A DNA stretch of 64,000 bases from contig JBGATT010000005.1 of NCBI GenBank assembly GCA_044229035.1, positions 4,114 through 68,113 of the forward strand, given 5' to 3'. This DNA comes from Gemmatimonadaceae bacterium (GTDB lineage: Bacteria > Gemmatimonadota > Gemmatimonadetes > Gemmatimonadales > Gemmatimonadaceae). The notes below the pieces were generated by a model. It had not been told where the DNA came from, made no database searches, and saw only the letters and a list, made by a program, of their open reading frames with translations. Shown here one piece after another: positions 26,788 through 37,548 of this stretch (position 1 is the first letter of the stretch; the number at the start of each line of letters is the position of its first letter). The translations under genes and the position numbers were made by a program.

Positions 26788-29700
26788 ATGTCGAACGACC
26801 TGCAGGACCAGCGCGCCGCGTCGAGCCTCAAGGACCGGCTGCCGTGGTTGCCGTACCTCGCCGCCGCGGTGATCTCCGCGGTCGCGATCGGCGTGCGCCA
26901 TCTGGTGTCCGGGCCGGATGCGGTCGCCGGACCGGTCTATATCGTGCTCGTTTTGCCGATCGGGCTCGCGGCGTACTTCGGCGGCTTCGGGCCCGGGCTC
27001 CTGGCGACGTTCCTCACGACCGCCGGCGCAGAGGTGGTCCTCCTCGAGCCGGTCGGCGGGCTGCTCGACGCTCCCTTGCGGATGCGACTCGGCCTCTTGG
27101 TGCTCGCCGTGGTCGGCGTGCTCGTGAGTCTCGCGGCGCGTCAACTGCACTCGGTCCGCGCGACTCTGTCCGTGGACGTACACGAACTCGAACACGCGGC
27201 GGCACTCTCCGAGCGCGACCGGCACCTGCAGCACCTGCAGGGCCAGCTCGAGCACATCGTCGCGACCGCTCCCGGCGTGATATACGCGTTCCGGCATCGG
27301 CCCGACGGCACCCAAGGCTTCACATACGCGAGTCCCGGGAGCGCGAGCCTGCTGGGCGTTCCGTTCGAGGAGCTCGAACGCGACGCCGGAGCGCTCTTCG
27401 CGATGATGGACCCGGGGGACGCTCAGGAGGGCGACCGCCTCATCGAGAGCTCGGCGCGGGACCTGACGCCGTGGCGGCACCAGTTCCGCCTGCGGCGGCC
27501 CGACGGCGAGGAGCGCTGGATCGAGGCCCACTCGATCCCCAGCCGCGAGGCGGACGGCGGCACGCTCTGGCACGGCTTCATGAGCGACATCACCGCGCGC
27601 AAGATCGCCGAACGCGGCCTCGAGGCCGCGCGCGAGACGATGGAGATCCTGATCGAGCAGTCGCCGGTGGCGATCGCCATGTTCGACACCCGGATGGTCT
27701 TCCTCGCGGCCAGCGGTAGGTGGTGCGAGCAATTCGGGTACGCGATGGACGAGCTCATCGGCCACTGCCTGTACTCGGTGGTCCCGGAGATCCCGGAGCG
27801 GTGGCGCCGCCTGCACGCGGAGGCGATCGCCGGCACCTCGTGGCAGGATGACCACGATCAGTGGCGACTCCGAGACGGGAGGTTCCACGACATCCGGTGG
27901 GCGATCCACCCTTGGCGCGCCGACAGCGGGGCGATCGGCGGCGTGATCCTTTTCGCCGAGGACGTGACCGAGGCGAACGCCGCGGCGCGACGGCTCGCCG
28001 CCTCGGAGCAGCGCTACCGCGACCTCGTCAACATGTCGCCGGAGGCGATCTTCCTCACGCGCGAGTCCAAGCTCGTGTACGCGAACCCGGCCGCGCTCGC
28101 GGTCCTCGGCGCCCGTGCGCTCGACGACGTGCTCGGACACGACGCCGTCGAGTTCCTGCACCCGGACGAACGCGAACACATGGCGGCCGCACGCCAGCGG
28201 ATCGGGGCGGGGGAGACCCTGCCCGCGACACAGCGCCGGTTCGTGCGGCAGGACGGGACCGCGATCCATGTCGAGGTCGTCGCGCGACCGTACGAGGACG
28301 CCGAAGGACCCGCGGTCCAGACGGTCGTGCATGACATCACGGATCGGATCCGTCAGGAGGAAGCCCTCCGCGAGACGAGCACCCGCTTCCGGCAGCTCGC
28401 CGAGAGCATCCGCGAGGCGTTCTACCTCGCCGACGAGACTCGCATGCGGGTTCGCTACATGAGCGCGGCCGCGCGCGAGATCTTCGGGCGTCCGGAGGAC
28501 GAGTTCACCGCAGGGATCGGGACCTGGCGCACGATCATCCACGGCGCCGACCGCGAGCGGGTCACGCAGGTCCTGAAGGGGGTGCTGGAGGGAGAGCCGT
28601 TCGACCTCGAGTACCGGGTCGTGCGGGGGGATAGCACGGTGCGCTGGGTCCGCGACCGGGCCTCCGCCGTGCGCGATTCGCGCGGCATGATCGTCGGCAT
28701 CGCCGGGCTGGTGGAGGACGTCACCGAACGGCGCGCCCTCGAGTCGCAGCTGCAGCAGGCCTCGAAGGTCGAGTCGGTCGGGCTGCTCGCCGGCGGCATC
28801 GCCCACGATTTCAACAACTTGCTCACCGTGATCAACGGGAACGCGGAGCTGCTCGAACAGTTGATCGAGGAGCAGGCGGAACGCGTGCCCGAGGCCCTCG
28901 AACTGGTGCACGAGGTGCGCGGCGCGGGAGAGCGCGCCTCGGCGCTCACGCGCCAGCTGCTCGCGTTCAGCCGGAAGCAGGCGGTGGAGCCGCGCCCCGT
29001 CGACGTGAGCGCCGTCGTCGCCGACACGGAGAGGATGCTGCGCCGCCTGCTGGGGAGCACGGTGGAACTGCGCACCGAGCTCGCCCCGGTGCACGCCGCG
29101 CGCCTCGATCCCGCCCAACTCGGCCAGGTGCTCATCAACCTCGCGGTGAACGCCCGCGATGCGATGCCGAACGGAGGGCGCCTCACGATCCAGACGGGAG
29201 AGGAGGTGGTCGCGCCGAGTTCGACCTGGACCGCGGAGGCGCGCCGGGTGCGGCTCACCGTGACCGACACCGGAGAGGGCATGCCGCCCGAGGTCATCGC
29301 ACGCGTGTTCGAGCCCTTCTTCACCACGAAGGGAGTCGGGCGCGGCACCGGGCTCGGGCTCGCTGTCGTGCAGGGGATCGTGAAGCAGTCGGGCGGCGAG
29401 ATCTCGGTCCAGAGCACCGTGGGGCTCGGCACGCGCTTCACCCTCACCTTCCCCGCGAGCGAACAGCGGCTGGACGACCTTACGGCGGCCCGCGCCGCCG
29501 TCGGCGGGAGCGAGACCATCCTCGTCGTGGAGGACGAGCCGCTGGTGCGGCGTACCTCGGTCCGCGCGCTCCGCCTCGCGGGGTATCGCGTGCGCGAGGC
29601 CGAGAGCGCGGAGGACGCGCTCCGCATCCTCGAGGAGCCGGACGAGGTGATCCATCTCCTGCTCACCGACGTGATGATGCCGGGGATGAACGGACGAGAA

Positions 29701-29883
29701 CTCGCCGAACGCGCCCAGCTCACGAAGCCCGCCATGCGCGTGCTGCTCATGAGCGGCTTCACGGACGACGCGGCGGTGCGGCAGGGGATCGCCGAACGCA
29801 CGTTGCGTCTCTTGCCCAAGCCGTTCAGCGTGCAGGCCCTGCTCGATGCCGTGCGACGGACGCTCGACGCCGCCCTCGTCTGA
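26788..29883 (+). CDS. Hybrid sensor histidine kinase/response regulator (TM, 4 PAS, HisKA, HATPase, REC)
   Basis: H-box LAGGIAHDFNNLL, NLAVNARDAM, DTGEGM, FEPFFTTK, GTGLGL; receiver LVVEDE..LLTDVMMPGMNG..KPF. Confidence 0.93.
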   Translation: MSNDLQDQRAASSLKDRLPWLPYLAAAVISAVAIGVRHLVSGPDAVAGPVYIVLVLPIGLAAYFGGFGPGLLATFLTTAGAEVVLLEPVGGLLDAPLRMRLGLLVLAVVGVLVSLAARQLHSVRATLSVDVHELEHAAALSERDRHLQHLQGQLEHIVATAPGVIYAFRHRPDGTQGFTYASPGSASLLGVPFEELERDAGALFAMMDPGDAQEGDRLIESSARDLTPWRHQFRLRRPDGEERWIEAHSIPSREADGGTLWHGFMSDITARKIAERGLEAARETMEILIEQSPVAIAMFDTRMVFLAASGRWCEQFGYAMDELIGHCLYSVVPEIPERWRRLHAEAIAGTSWQDDHDQWRLRDGRFHDIRWAIHPWRADSGAIGGVILFAEDVTEANAAARRLAASEQRYRDLVNMSPEAIFLTRESKLVYANPAALAVLGARALDDVLGHDAVEFLHPDEREHMAAARQRIGAGETLPATQRRFVRQDGTAIHVEVVARPYEDAEGPAVQTVVHDITDRIRQEEALRETSTRFRQLAESIREAFYLADETRMRVRYMSAAAREIFGRPEDEFTAGIGTWRTIIHGADRERVTQVLKGVLEGEPFDLEYRVVRGDSTVRWVRDRASAVRDSRGMIVGIAGLVEDVTERRALESQLQQASKVESVGLLAGGIAHDFNNLLTVINGNAELLEQLIEEQAERVPEALELVHEVRGAGERASALTRQLLAFSRKQAVEPRPVDVSAVVADTERMLRRLLGSTVELRTELAPVHAARLDPAQLGQVLINLAVNARDAMPNGGRLTIQTGEEVVAPSSTWTAEARRVRLTVTDTGEGMPPEVIARVFEPFFTTKGVGRGTGLGLAVVQGIVKQSGGEISVQSTVGLGTRFTLTFPASEQRLDDLTAARAAVGGSETILVVEDEPLVRRTSVRALRLAGYRVREAESAEDALRILEEPDEVIHLLLTDVMMPGMNGRELAERAQLTKPAMRVLLMSGFTDDAAVRQGIAERTLRLLPKPFSVQALLDAVRRTLDAALV

Positions 29884-29950
29884 GGGCGAGGGGTCCGCTG
29901 GACGGCACGGCGCTCGCGTGCGAACTTCCCGGGACTCCAACCGGTATCCC

Positions 29951-30532
<582 letters not shown>

Positions 30533-30582
30533 GGGCGTCACCGTCCGGCGCGTGCCCCCGTCTCTCCCACTCAGACTCCCTC

Positions 30583-31203
30583 ATGAACGTCACCGATCTC
30601 CTCTCGCAGGCCGGCGGCCTGCAGTCCATCGCGCGCGAACTCGGCGTCACCGAGCAGCAGGCCTCGAGCGGTGCGGCCGCGCTCGTTCCCGCCATTCTGG
30701 GAGGCTTCAAGAAGCGGGCGCAGTCGCAGCCGGGCGGCGCCGCCGGACTCGGCGGCCTGTTGCAGCAGCTCGGCGGGGCGGACCTGCTCGACAACGTCGT
30801 CTCCGCCCAACCAACGGATGTCTCGCGCGGCAATGACGTGCTCGGCGCCATCTTCGGCAGCAAGGACGTGAGCCGCGCGGTCGCGCAGCAGGCGTCCGCG
30901 CAGTCAGGTCTTGGCGCGGATGTGCTCAAGAAGATGCTGCCGATGCTCGCGATGGCGGTGAGCGGCATGATGGCGAAGGGCGTGCCGGGCGCCGCGCCAT
31001 CGGCGCCGGCTGCCGGCGGACTTGGCGGGATGCTCGGGGGGATGCTCGGCGGGCAAGCCGGCAACGCGCTGTCGGCGATCACGGGCGGCAATGCCGCAGG
31101 CGGTGCCGGGGGATTCGGCGGCCTGATGTCGATGCTCGACGCGGACGGCGACGGCAATCCGCTCGACGACATCATGAAGATGGTGGGGAAGGCGCGCGGC
31201 TGA
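30583..31203 (+). CDS. DUF937-domain protein
   Basis: GLQSIARELG, GNDVLGAIFGSKDVSRAVA, KKMLPMLA, Gly-rich tail and MLDADGDGNPLDDI. Confidence 0.8.
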   Translation: MNVTDLLSQAGGLQSIARELGVTEQQASSGAAALVPAILGGFKKRAQSQPGGAAGLGGLLQQLGGADLLDNVVSAQPTDVSRGNDVLGAIFGSKDVSRAVAQQASAQSGLGADVLKKMLPMLAMAVSGMMAKGVPGAAPSAPAAGGLGGMLGGMLGGQAGNALSAITGGNAAGGAGGFGGLMSMLDADGDGNPLDDIMKMVGKARG

Positions 31204-31212
31204 GCCGCGCGC

Positions 31213-32049
31213 CTATGGGCGCCGGATCACCGTCGGGGTGCCGCCTGCCGGGCGTCGACCTCGCGCCGGCGCCTCGCGGAGCCAGTAGACGAGCAGCGCA
31301 CAGCCGTTCGCGGATTCCCGAGGCCACGCGAAGCGCTGCAGCGCGTCCGGGACCTTCTGGTACTCGTCGTAGTACTCGATGGCGACCACGTCCCGCGGGA
31401 TGAGCTCATCCACCGGCACCTTCCGGACGTGCCCGTCGAACAGCGGGTCCTCGCCGTTGAAGATCTCGACGAGGCACCGGCTGGGTGGCGCCATCGCGAG
31501 CCAGTCGAGGCCGTCCGGCGTCATCACGGGTCGACGCCGGAGGCTCGGGATCCCGTCGAGCATGTCGGCCCAGGCGGAGGGACGGAGCGCGCGTAGCTCG
31601 CCGGCGTCGCGGTACATCCCGCGCCCGATCGCGCGCCGGCACTCGAACCCACGCAGCGTGTTGCGCTCGCAGGCGTTCACGTCGGTGATGCGCACCTCGC
31701 CGAGGAGTTGCGGCATGCGCACCAGGCGGATGCGGAGAGCCCCCGCCTTGGCGTCGCGGGGGTCGACGGTCGTCTCGTAGGGGCGGAAGCCGATGAAACG
31801 CACCCGCAGGCGTCGCGCGCCGCGCTCGGTGACGGCGAACGAAAAGGCCCCGGTGGAGTCGGTCCGCGCGCGCAGCGCCGTCCCGAGGATGACGTCGGCG
31901 TCTACGAGCGCACGGCCGGCGGTGTCGACTACCGTGCCCGCGACCCGTTGGGCCTGCACGGCTCGCGGAGTGGTCGTCGCGAGCAACAGCGCGGCGAGAA
32001 TGACCTCCGCGAGCGGGAAGGCGCTCAGCGCGCGCCGAAGGTGTCGCAT
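31213..32049 (-). CDS. Carboxypeptidase-regulatory-like domain plus divergent TonB-plug-like domain, secreted
   Basis: VAGTVVDTAGRAL..ARTDSTGAF..LRVRFIGFRP; GFECRR..GRG; DVVAIEYY; CALLVYW. Start uncertain because of a 25-bp overlap with the upstream gene. Confidence 0.65.
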   Translation of the reverse strand: MRHLRRALSAFPLAEVILAALLLATTTPRAVQAQRVAGTVVDTAGRALVDADVILGTALRARTDSTGAFSFAVTERGARRLRVRFIGFRPYETTVDPRDAKAGALRIRLVRMPQLLGEVRITDVNACERNTLRGFECRRAIGRGMYRDAGELRALRPSAWADMLDGIPSLRRRPVMTPDGLDWLAMAPPSRCLVEIFNGEDPLFDGHVRKVPVDELIPRDVVAIEYYDEYQKVPDALQRFAWPRESANGCALLVYWLREAPARGRRPAGGTPTVIRRP

Positions 32050-32867
32050 GACCGGGGATCGCCGGAGTCGAACCCCGCCTTGAACCAGCGCATCCGTTCC
32101 GCGCTCGACCCATGCGTGAAGCTCTCGGGGCGCACCTCGCGGCCGGCCTGCCGCTGCAGCCGATCATCGCCCACTGCAGCGGCGGCGCCGAGTCCCTCCT
32201 CCATGTCGCCGCGCTCGAGGTCGCCGCGCTGCGCGACGGTGTTGGCCCACACCCCGGCGTAACAGTCGGCCTGGAGCTCCATCCGCACGCTGAGCGCGTT
32301 CTCGCTCCCCGGGTCGGCGCGCTGGGCCCGGCGCAGCTGCGCCTCGGTGCCGAGCACCGACTGGACATGGTGCCCGATCTCGTGCGCGAGCACGTACACC
32401 TGCGCGAAGTCGCCGGGCGCCCCGTAGTTGCGCGACAGCTCCTCGTAGAAAGCGAGGTCGATGTAGACCTTCTGGTCGCCCGGGCAGTAGAACGGACCCA
32501 TCGCCGACGAGGCGTCGCCGCATGCCGACTGGACCGCGCCGCGGAAGAGCACGAGCTTCGCCGCGGGATATGCCGTCCCCTCGGCCGCGAGCTTCTGCGT
32601 CCACATGGCCTGCGCGTCGTCCAGCGCCGACGACAAGAAGCGCACCATCGGCTCCTCCGCGGCATCCTCGACGGGTGCCTCGCTCGCGGCGGGCGCGCCC
32701 GCGCCACCACTCATCACGCCGAGCACCTCGAGCGGGTTCGCCCCGGTCACGGCGGAGATCACGAGCGCCAGCACGATGCCGACGATGCCGATGCCGGCCT
32801 TGCGACCGCCACCGCCGCCGCGGCGGTCCTCGAGATTGGACGAGCGACCCGTGTCGCGCCACTTCAT
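32025..32867 (-). CDS. ypfJ: Neutral zinc metallopeptidase (YpfJ family)
   Basis: MKW...RSSNLEDRRG, GPFYCPGDQKVYID, YVLAHEIGHH, ELQADCYAG, FTHGSS. Confidence 0.9.
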   Translation of the reverse strand: MKWRDTGRSSNLEDRRGGGGGRKAGIGIVGIVLALVISAVTGANPLEVLGVMSGGAGAPAASEAPVEDAAEEPMVRFLSSALDDAQAMWTQKLAAEGTAYPAAKLVLFRGAVQSACGDASSAMGPFYCPGDQKVYIDLAFYEELSRNYGAPGDFAQVYVLAHEIGHHVQSVLGTEAQLRRAQRADPGSENALSVRMELQADCYAGVWANTVAQRGDLERGDMEEGLGAAAAVGDDRLQRQAGREVRPESFTHGSSAERMRWFKAGFDSGDPRSCDTFGAR

Positions 32868-32910
32868 GCGATGCCCTCGGTGGATGTCTTTCGGGATACT
32901 ACCCCCGAAG

Positions 32911-33975
32911 CTATCCCCAGTCACCGCCGAGCGACACGTCGCAGAGCTCGGAGGGCCGCGTGGGGTCGTCTGGATCGACGACGACGAGCACGCGATCGGT
33001 CCGGCCCGGGAGGGCGACGATCCCTTCGACCTTGTCCGTGGTGCCTCGGCCGCGCTCGTCGGTGATGGGCGCATAGCGCAACGCCCCCTTCGCCGGGATG
33101 ATGCCGATCACCGATCCGCTCACGCGGCCATCCTCGCTCGCGTCCTTCGACGCCTCCGCCGCGGCGGTGTAGAGCAGGGTGCTCCCGGCCATCGCCGCAT
33201 CGGTGAAGCCGAGCGGGAGCGTGTCGAGCGTGCCGAGCTCGTACTGCGTCACGCCGTGGAGCGCCGGCACGGTCGCGGTCTCCGGTGAGGCGAGGTAGAC
33301 GAGCAACGCCTGCAGGTCGAGATCACCGGTGGAATTCACCGGAAGTCGGCCGCCCTTCGCCTCGCCGTTGCCGCGCGTGAAGAGCCGCAGGACGCCGGGA
33401 AGCCCGAGGGCCCCTTCGATGTTCATGTCGCTCCCGGCGAAGTGCGGTATCTGTTCGAGCGCGACGTACAGCGACTCGGCGTCGATGAGCGAGACGCGCG
33501 GCCGCCGTGCGGCGACCGACTCGATGGTCACGATCCGCCGCCGGCGCCGCTTGGAGCCGGAGCCCAGCGCGAGCAGCATCGTTCCCATCGGGCCCTCGAT
33601 GGTGCAGCAGGCCTCGAGGTCGAGCTTGTGCTTCTTGTTGCCGCGCAGGTCGTCGAAATGACGCTTCCCCTCTTCGCCCGCCGGCAGGGTGATGCTGCGC
33701 GCCAGCCCGGTCCGCGGGTCGACGAGCGCGACGAAGTTCGCATCGTCCTGCACGAGGCCGAGTCTTCGGCCGACCCAGGTGATCGACGAGCCGGCGCGGA
33801 CATGCGGCGGGCGATCGAGCCCGGGGCTGGCCTTGGCGCGATAGGCGAGCGGTCGGCGTTCGACGATGGTCGCCGACAGCGACGGATCGATCGACGCCGA
33901 GCGCAGGCGGACGTTACTGGACAGTGCGCCCCTCGTGCCGGAGCCAGCCGGCGACGTGTCGGCCGGCCGGATCAT
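32911..33975 (-). CDS. Hypothetical protein, probable beta-propeller (DUF6929-like)
   Basis: VQDD, KLDLEA, GSGS.RRR, NIEGA, GFTDA, KVEGI. Start uncertain because it overlaps the upstream gene. Confidence 0.6.
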   Translation of the reverse strand: MIRPADTSPAGSGTRGALSSNVRLRSASIDPSLSATIVERRPLAYRAKASPGLDRPPHVRAGSSITWVGRRLGLVQDDANFVALVDPRTGLARSITLPAGEEGKRHFDDLRGNKKHKLDLEACCTIEGPMGTMLLALGSGSKRRRRRIVTIESVAARRPRVSLIDAESLYVALEQIPHFAGSDMNIEGALGLPGVLRLFTRGNGEAKGGRLPVNSTGDLDLQALLVYLASPETATVPALHGVTQYELGTLDTLPLGFTDAAMAGSTLLYTAAAEASKDASEDGRVSGSVIGIIPAKGALRYAPITDERGRGTTDKVEGIVALPGRTDRVLVVVDPDDPTRPSELCDVSLGGDWG

Positions 33976-34348
33976 GGTGCGTCCAATGGACTACGCCGCC
34001 TTCGGAGTTCGGTTCGAACTCGCCGAAGAAGGCGACCGTGTCGCCGCGATCGAGGCCGGTGAGGCGCGGGGCGAGGTCGATATTGTGCGCGACGAGCAGT
34101 GTCCTCCCGTTCGCGAGCCTGAGGATGAAGCGTTGGTGGCGGCTACCGTCGTTGTCGTCGGGAAGGACACGACTGACGATGCCGACGCCTTCGAGTTGCT
34201 GGTCGCCCCGCGGCTCGCGCGGTTGCTCTGCCTGCTGCTCGCGTCGTGGGGCATCCAGAGTCTCGGTGCGCTCGCTCTGGAGCCACCGGAACGCGAGGAC
34301 GCCGACGATGATTACGAGCGAGACGACCCTGCGTCGCGAGGGGATCAT
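33914..34348 (-). CDS. DUF3465-domain protein
   Basis: LPDDNDGSRHQRFIL, VAHNIDLAPR, GEFE.NSEGGVVHWTHHDP..RHVAGWL. Confidence 0.88.
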   Translation of the reverse strand: MIPSRRRVVSLVIIVGVLAFRWLQSERTETLDAPRREQQAEQPREPRGDQQLEGVGIVSRVLPDDNDGSRHQRFILRLANGRTLLVAHNIDLAPRLTGLDRGDTVAFFGEFEPNSEGGVVHWTHHDPAGRHVAGWLRHEGRTVQ

Positions 34349-35592
34349 GGGCGACTGAACACCGCGCCGTGCGGGACGCCCTTCGCCGTGCTTCCGTGCG
34401 GCCAGGTCTTGTCGTCCATGCGGAAGCCGCTGCTCGCCGCGCCGGGCTCGCGGAAACGCTCGTCGAGCGAGAGCTGGCCGGTCGCGGCATCGAAGCGCAG
34501 GAGTTCCACGCGGTGCTGCATCCCGTCGTAACCCGTGACGACCACGCGTCGCTGGTCCGGCGAGACTGCGATCCAGTGCGGGACATCGTCGGGGCCGAAG
34601 GCCACGCGGCTCACTTCCCTCGGCGCGGAGGGATCGGCGACGTCGAGGACGACGACGGCGCTCAATGCCGGCACGGTCACCAGATAGTAGTGCCCCACGA
34701 CGACCGGGATGGCGCAGTTGGTCTTCTCCTTCGTCGGGAAGGACGCGACCTGCCGCGCCGACGGGGCGGCGCCATCGAGGCCCTCCAGCAGGAAGAGGCC
34801 GCAGCTGAACGTGGACACGAGCATCGTCCGGCCGTCCGCGAGGAGGCGCGGCTCGGCGGTGAGCCGCCCGTGCGGCCCCGGGAGCGTGATCGTCGAGAGC
34901 ACCGTGAGGTCGGAGAGGCGCCAGACCTGCAAGGTGCGCGACGCCTCGGCGTCTCCGTCCATGTCCGTCGAGGTGGTCACCACGCGGTCGAGCGACGGCA
35001 CGATGCCGGCGCTGTACACGCGCAGCATGCTGTCCGCCGCGGGCGTGTCGGCCGAGGCTGAGCGGACGACCGCCCCGCTCGGTGTGATCTCGACGAGACC
35101 ACCGGCGCGCATGTGGCCGCCGTCATGTCGCATCTGGTAGCTGGCGAGCACGTTCCCGTTGGGGAGCCGCGGGAACGAGTGCGGATGCGTGAACCCCGCG
35201 AGGTCCCCGAACTCCGCAGCGATCCGTGGCGCATCGGGCACGGAGAGGTCGAAGATCCAGGTCCGGCCCGCTCCGAAGCCGTTCGCGAACAGCTGCCGGT
35301 CCGCGGCGAGCTCGGGCTCGGTGTGATGCGGGACGCTCCCCGTCGCCGGCACGGCGAGCGTCGTCACCAACGCGCCGTAGCGGCCGGTGTCCTCGGTCAC
35401 GTCGAGGACGGCGAGGAAGTCGGGCTGCGTCGAGTCCACCGACGCGGTCCAGAGATAGAGGTAGTCGCGCGGGCCCGTCGTCACCTCCGCGCGCGGCCCG
35501 CAGGCCACGAGCGCGGAAGCGAGGACGAGCGCGCACGCGCACGTCCTCGCGCCAGTGTGATCGGCGCGAGAACGCGCACGTGGACTCAGCAT
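34345..35592 (-). CDS. SBP56 (selenium-binding/methanethiol oxidase-like) beta-propeller lipoprotein
   Basis: Lipobox LVA-C; YLYLW...PDFLAVLDV...YGALV..PHH; HPHSF; PHWIAVSPD; PHGAVF. Confidence 0.7.
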   Translation of the reverse strand: MLSPRARSRADHTGARTCACALVLASALVACGPRAEVTTGPRDYLYLWTASVDSTQPDFLAVLDVTEDTGRYGALVTTLAVPATGSVPHHTEPELAADRQLFANGFGAGRTWIFDLSVPDAPRIAAEFGDLAGFTHPHSFPRLPNGNVLASYQMRHDGGHMRAGGLVEITPSGAVVRSASADTPAADSMLRVYSAGIVPSLDRVVTTSTDMDGDAEASRTLQVWRLSDLTVLSTITLPGPHGRLTAEPRLLADGRTMLVSTFSCGLFLLEGLDGAAPSARQVASFPTKEKTNCAIPVVVGHYYLVTVPALSAVVVLDVADPSAPREVSRVAFGPDDVPHWIAVSPDQRRVVVTGYDGMQHRVELLRFDAATGQLSLDERFREPGAASSGFRMDDKTWPHGSTAKGVPHGAVFSRP

Positions 35593-35596
35593 CGGT

Positions 35597-36133
35597 TCAG
35601 CGGCTCCAGGGAGGCGTGACGTTGTTCGAGCGCGCGTAGGCGATGAACTGTCCGAGGTGCTCGTGCAGGTGCGTGACCGCGAGAAGCGAGGCGCGGTGAC
35701 GGGTGAAATCCTGGCCGAACATCTTCACGGTCGCCGAGAGGTTCGCGTCGGTCGTGAGCGCCAGCGCCTGATGGAGGTGGATGAACGAGGCCTCGACATC
35801 GGCCACGAGCTGGTCCTTGCCGACGGTGCGCTTCTCGTACGCACCCGCGGACGCGAAGTCGCTCGTGATGCCGGTCGCGGCGGGCGCCGCCTTGCCCATG
35901 AAGATCGGGATCAGGTAATTGTCCGCGGCCACGTGCAGCAACAGTTCGCGGATCGACCGCACGCCGGGCGCGGGGCGCCAGTCGTACGAAGACTCCGGGA
36001 TCGCCTTGGCGAGGTCGAGCACCTTCTTCTGCACGTCGTTGAGGTCGGTATGCATGTCCGCCATGACACCCTGTGCCGCGGCGGGGGCGGCGAAGGTGAA
36101 GGCGAGTGACAGCGCGGCGATCAGCTTGCGCAT
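35597..36133 (-). CDS. Secreted DinB-family protein
   Basis: Signal peptide; AIPESSYDWRPAPGVRSIRELLLHVA; HLHEHLGQFIAYARSNNVTPPWS. Confidence 0.88.
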   Translation of the reverse strand: MRKLIAALSLAFTFAAPAAAQGVMADMHTDLNDVQKKVLDLAKAIPESSYDWRPAPGVRSIRELLLHVAADNYLIPIFMGKAAPAATGITSDFASAGAYEKRTVGKDQLVADVEASFIHLHQALALTTDANLSATVKMFGQDFTRHRASLLAVTHLHEHLGQFIAYARSNNVTPPWSR

Positions 36134-36298
36134 GGAGGGACTCCGCTCGATGAAGGGGGGCGCCCGGCGATTCCGGGCGCGAACGATCCACCAAGGTGGC
36201 TCCCCGGGCTGGGGTGTGGCAACCTGGCACGATCCCATGCCGTACCCCGGATGTCGGTCCGGCGTGACCGTCCGCGGTGCCGCCGGGTACTCTGGAGG

Positions 36299-37537
36299 AT
36301 GACCCCCACCATCCTCCGCCGCTCCCTGTCGCTCGCCCTCCTCGTGTTCGCCGCCTGCGGCAGCGACGAACCGACCGCGGGCGGTCCCGATCCGGTCCCC
36401 GTCACGGACGTTCCGGCCCTCGCGCGCACGACGGTGCTCCCCGGCCGCAGTGGGCCCTGGGACATCGCCTTCGCGGCCGACGGCTCGATGTTCTTCACCG
36501 AGAAGTGCGCGGGGCTCTCGGTCCGACGCCCAGACGGGAGCATCACACGCCTCTTCGGCACCGCGGGCAGCGCGCTCGTCGCGCCCGACTTCTTCTGCCT
36601 GGGCCAGAGCGGGATGCACGGCGTGGCGCTCGATCCGGCCTTCGCGACCAATCGACGCGTCTACGTCTACATGCCGTCCGACCTCACGTCGAATCCGCGC
36701 ACCAATCGCGTGGTGCGGCTCGAACTCGACGCCGGGTTCACGACGGCGAGCGCGCGGACCGACATCGTCACAGGCATCCCGTTGAAGGATGCGGCCAACG
36801 CGATCGGCGGCGCGGGCTCCCACAGCGGCGGTCGCCTCCGCTTCGGCCCGGACGGCTACCTCTACGTCGGCACGGGGGACAACCACAACGCGATCCTGCC
36901 GCAGCACCCGACGCTGCTCGGCGGCAAGGTGCTCCGCGTGACCACCACCGGCGCCGCCGCCCCGGGGAACAACGCCCCCGCCGGCTTCGACGCGCGCATC
37001 TTCTCGTACGGCCATCGCAACGTGCAGGGGCTCGCCTTCCGACCGAGCGACGGACGCCCCTTCAGCGCCGAGCATGGGCCCAACCACAGCGACGAGGTGA
37101 CGCCGCTCGTGGCCGGCGGCAACGGCGGGTGGGACCCGCAATCGCGGCCCGCGCTCAGCTGTCCCGACGGATACTGTGGGTACGCCGGGAACCCGACCTC
37201 GATGCCGATGACGGATCTCGCGCGCTTCCCGTCCGCCGTCGTGCCGGCCTGGAACAACAGCGCGACCTCCCAGGGCATGGGGCCGGCCGCGTTCCTCGAC
37301 GGACCGCAGTGGCGCGCGTGGAACGGACGACTCGCGGTGGGGATCATGGGAGGGCAACGCCTGATGATCCTCGAGCTCGACGCGGCGGGGATCGCGATCT
37401 CGGCGACCGACGCCGGCCTTCCGGCGGCGCGGTACCGCGCGCTGACGCAGGGCCCCGACGGCAACCTCTACATCGCGACGGACGCGGGCGAGATCTGGCG
37501 CATCACGCCGTCGGTGGCGAGCGACCCGCTGCCGTAG
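36299..37537 (+). CDS. PQQ-dependent sugar dehydrogenase (GSDH/YliI-like), lipoprotein
   Basis: Lipobox FAA-C; PWDIAF, VALDPAF, HSGGRLRFGPDG.LYVGTGD, GKVLR, YGHRNVQGL, EHGP..DE. Confidence 0.88.
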   Translation: MTPTILRRSLSLALLVFAACGSDEPTAGGPDPVPVTDVPALARTTVLPGRSGPWDIAFAADGSMFFTEKCAGLSVRRPDGSITRLFGTAGSALVAPDFFCLGQSGMHGVALDPAFATNRRVYVYMPSDLTSNPRTNRVVRLELDAGFTTASARTDIVTGIPLKDAANAIGGAGSHSGGRLRFGPDGYLYVGTGDNHNAILPQHPTLLGGKVLRVTTTGAAAPGNNAPAGFDARIFSYGHRNVQGLAFRPSDGRPFSAEHGPNHSDEVTPLVAGGNGGWDPQSRPALSCPDGYCGYAGNPTSMPMTDLARFPSAVVPAWNNSATSQGMGPAAFLDGPQWRAWNGRLAVGIMGGQRLMILELDAAGIAISATDAGLPAARYRALTQGPDGNLYIATDAGEIWRITPSVASDPLP

Positions 37538-37548
37538 CACCTTGGAGC

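Noticed and set aside
31010-31130. Short repeats GGCGGGATGCTC in the DUF937 gene, and GGACGTCGT repeats near 63180
   Set aside because: These encode ordinary GGML and HDV peptide repeats and are not independent DNA elements.
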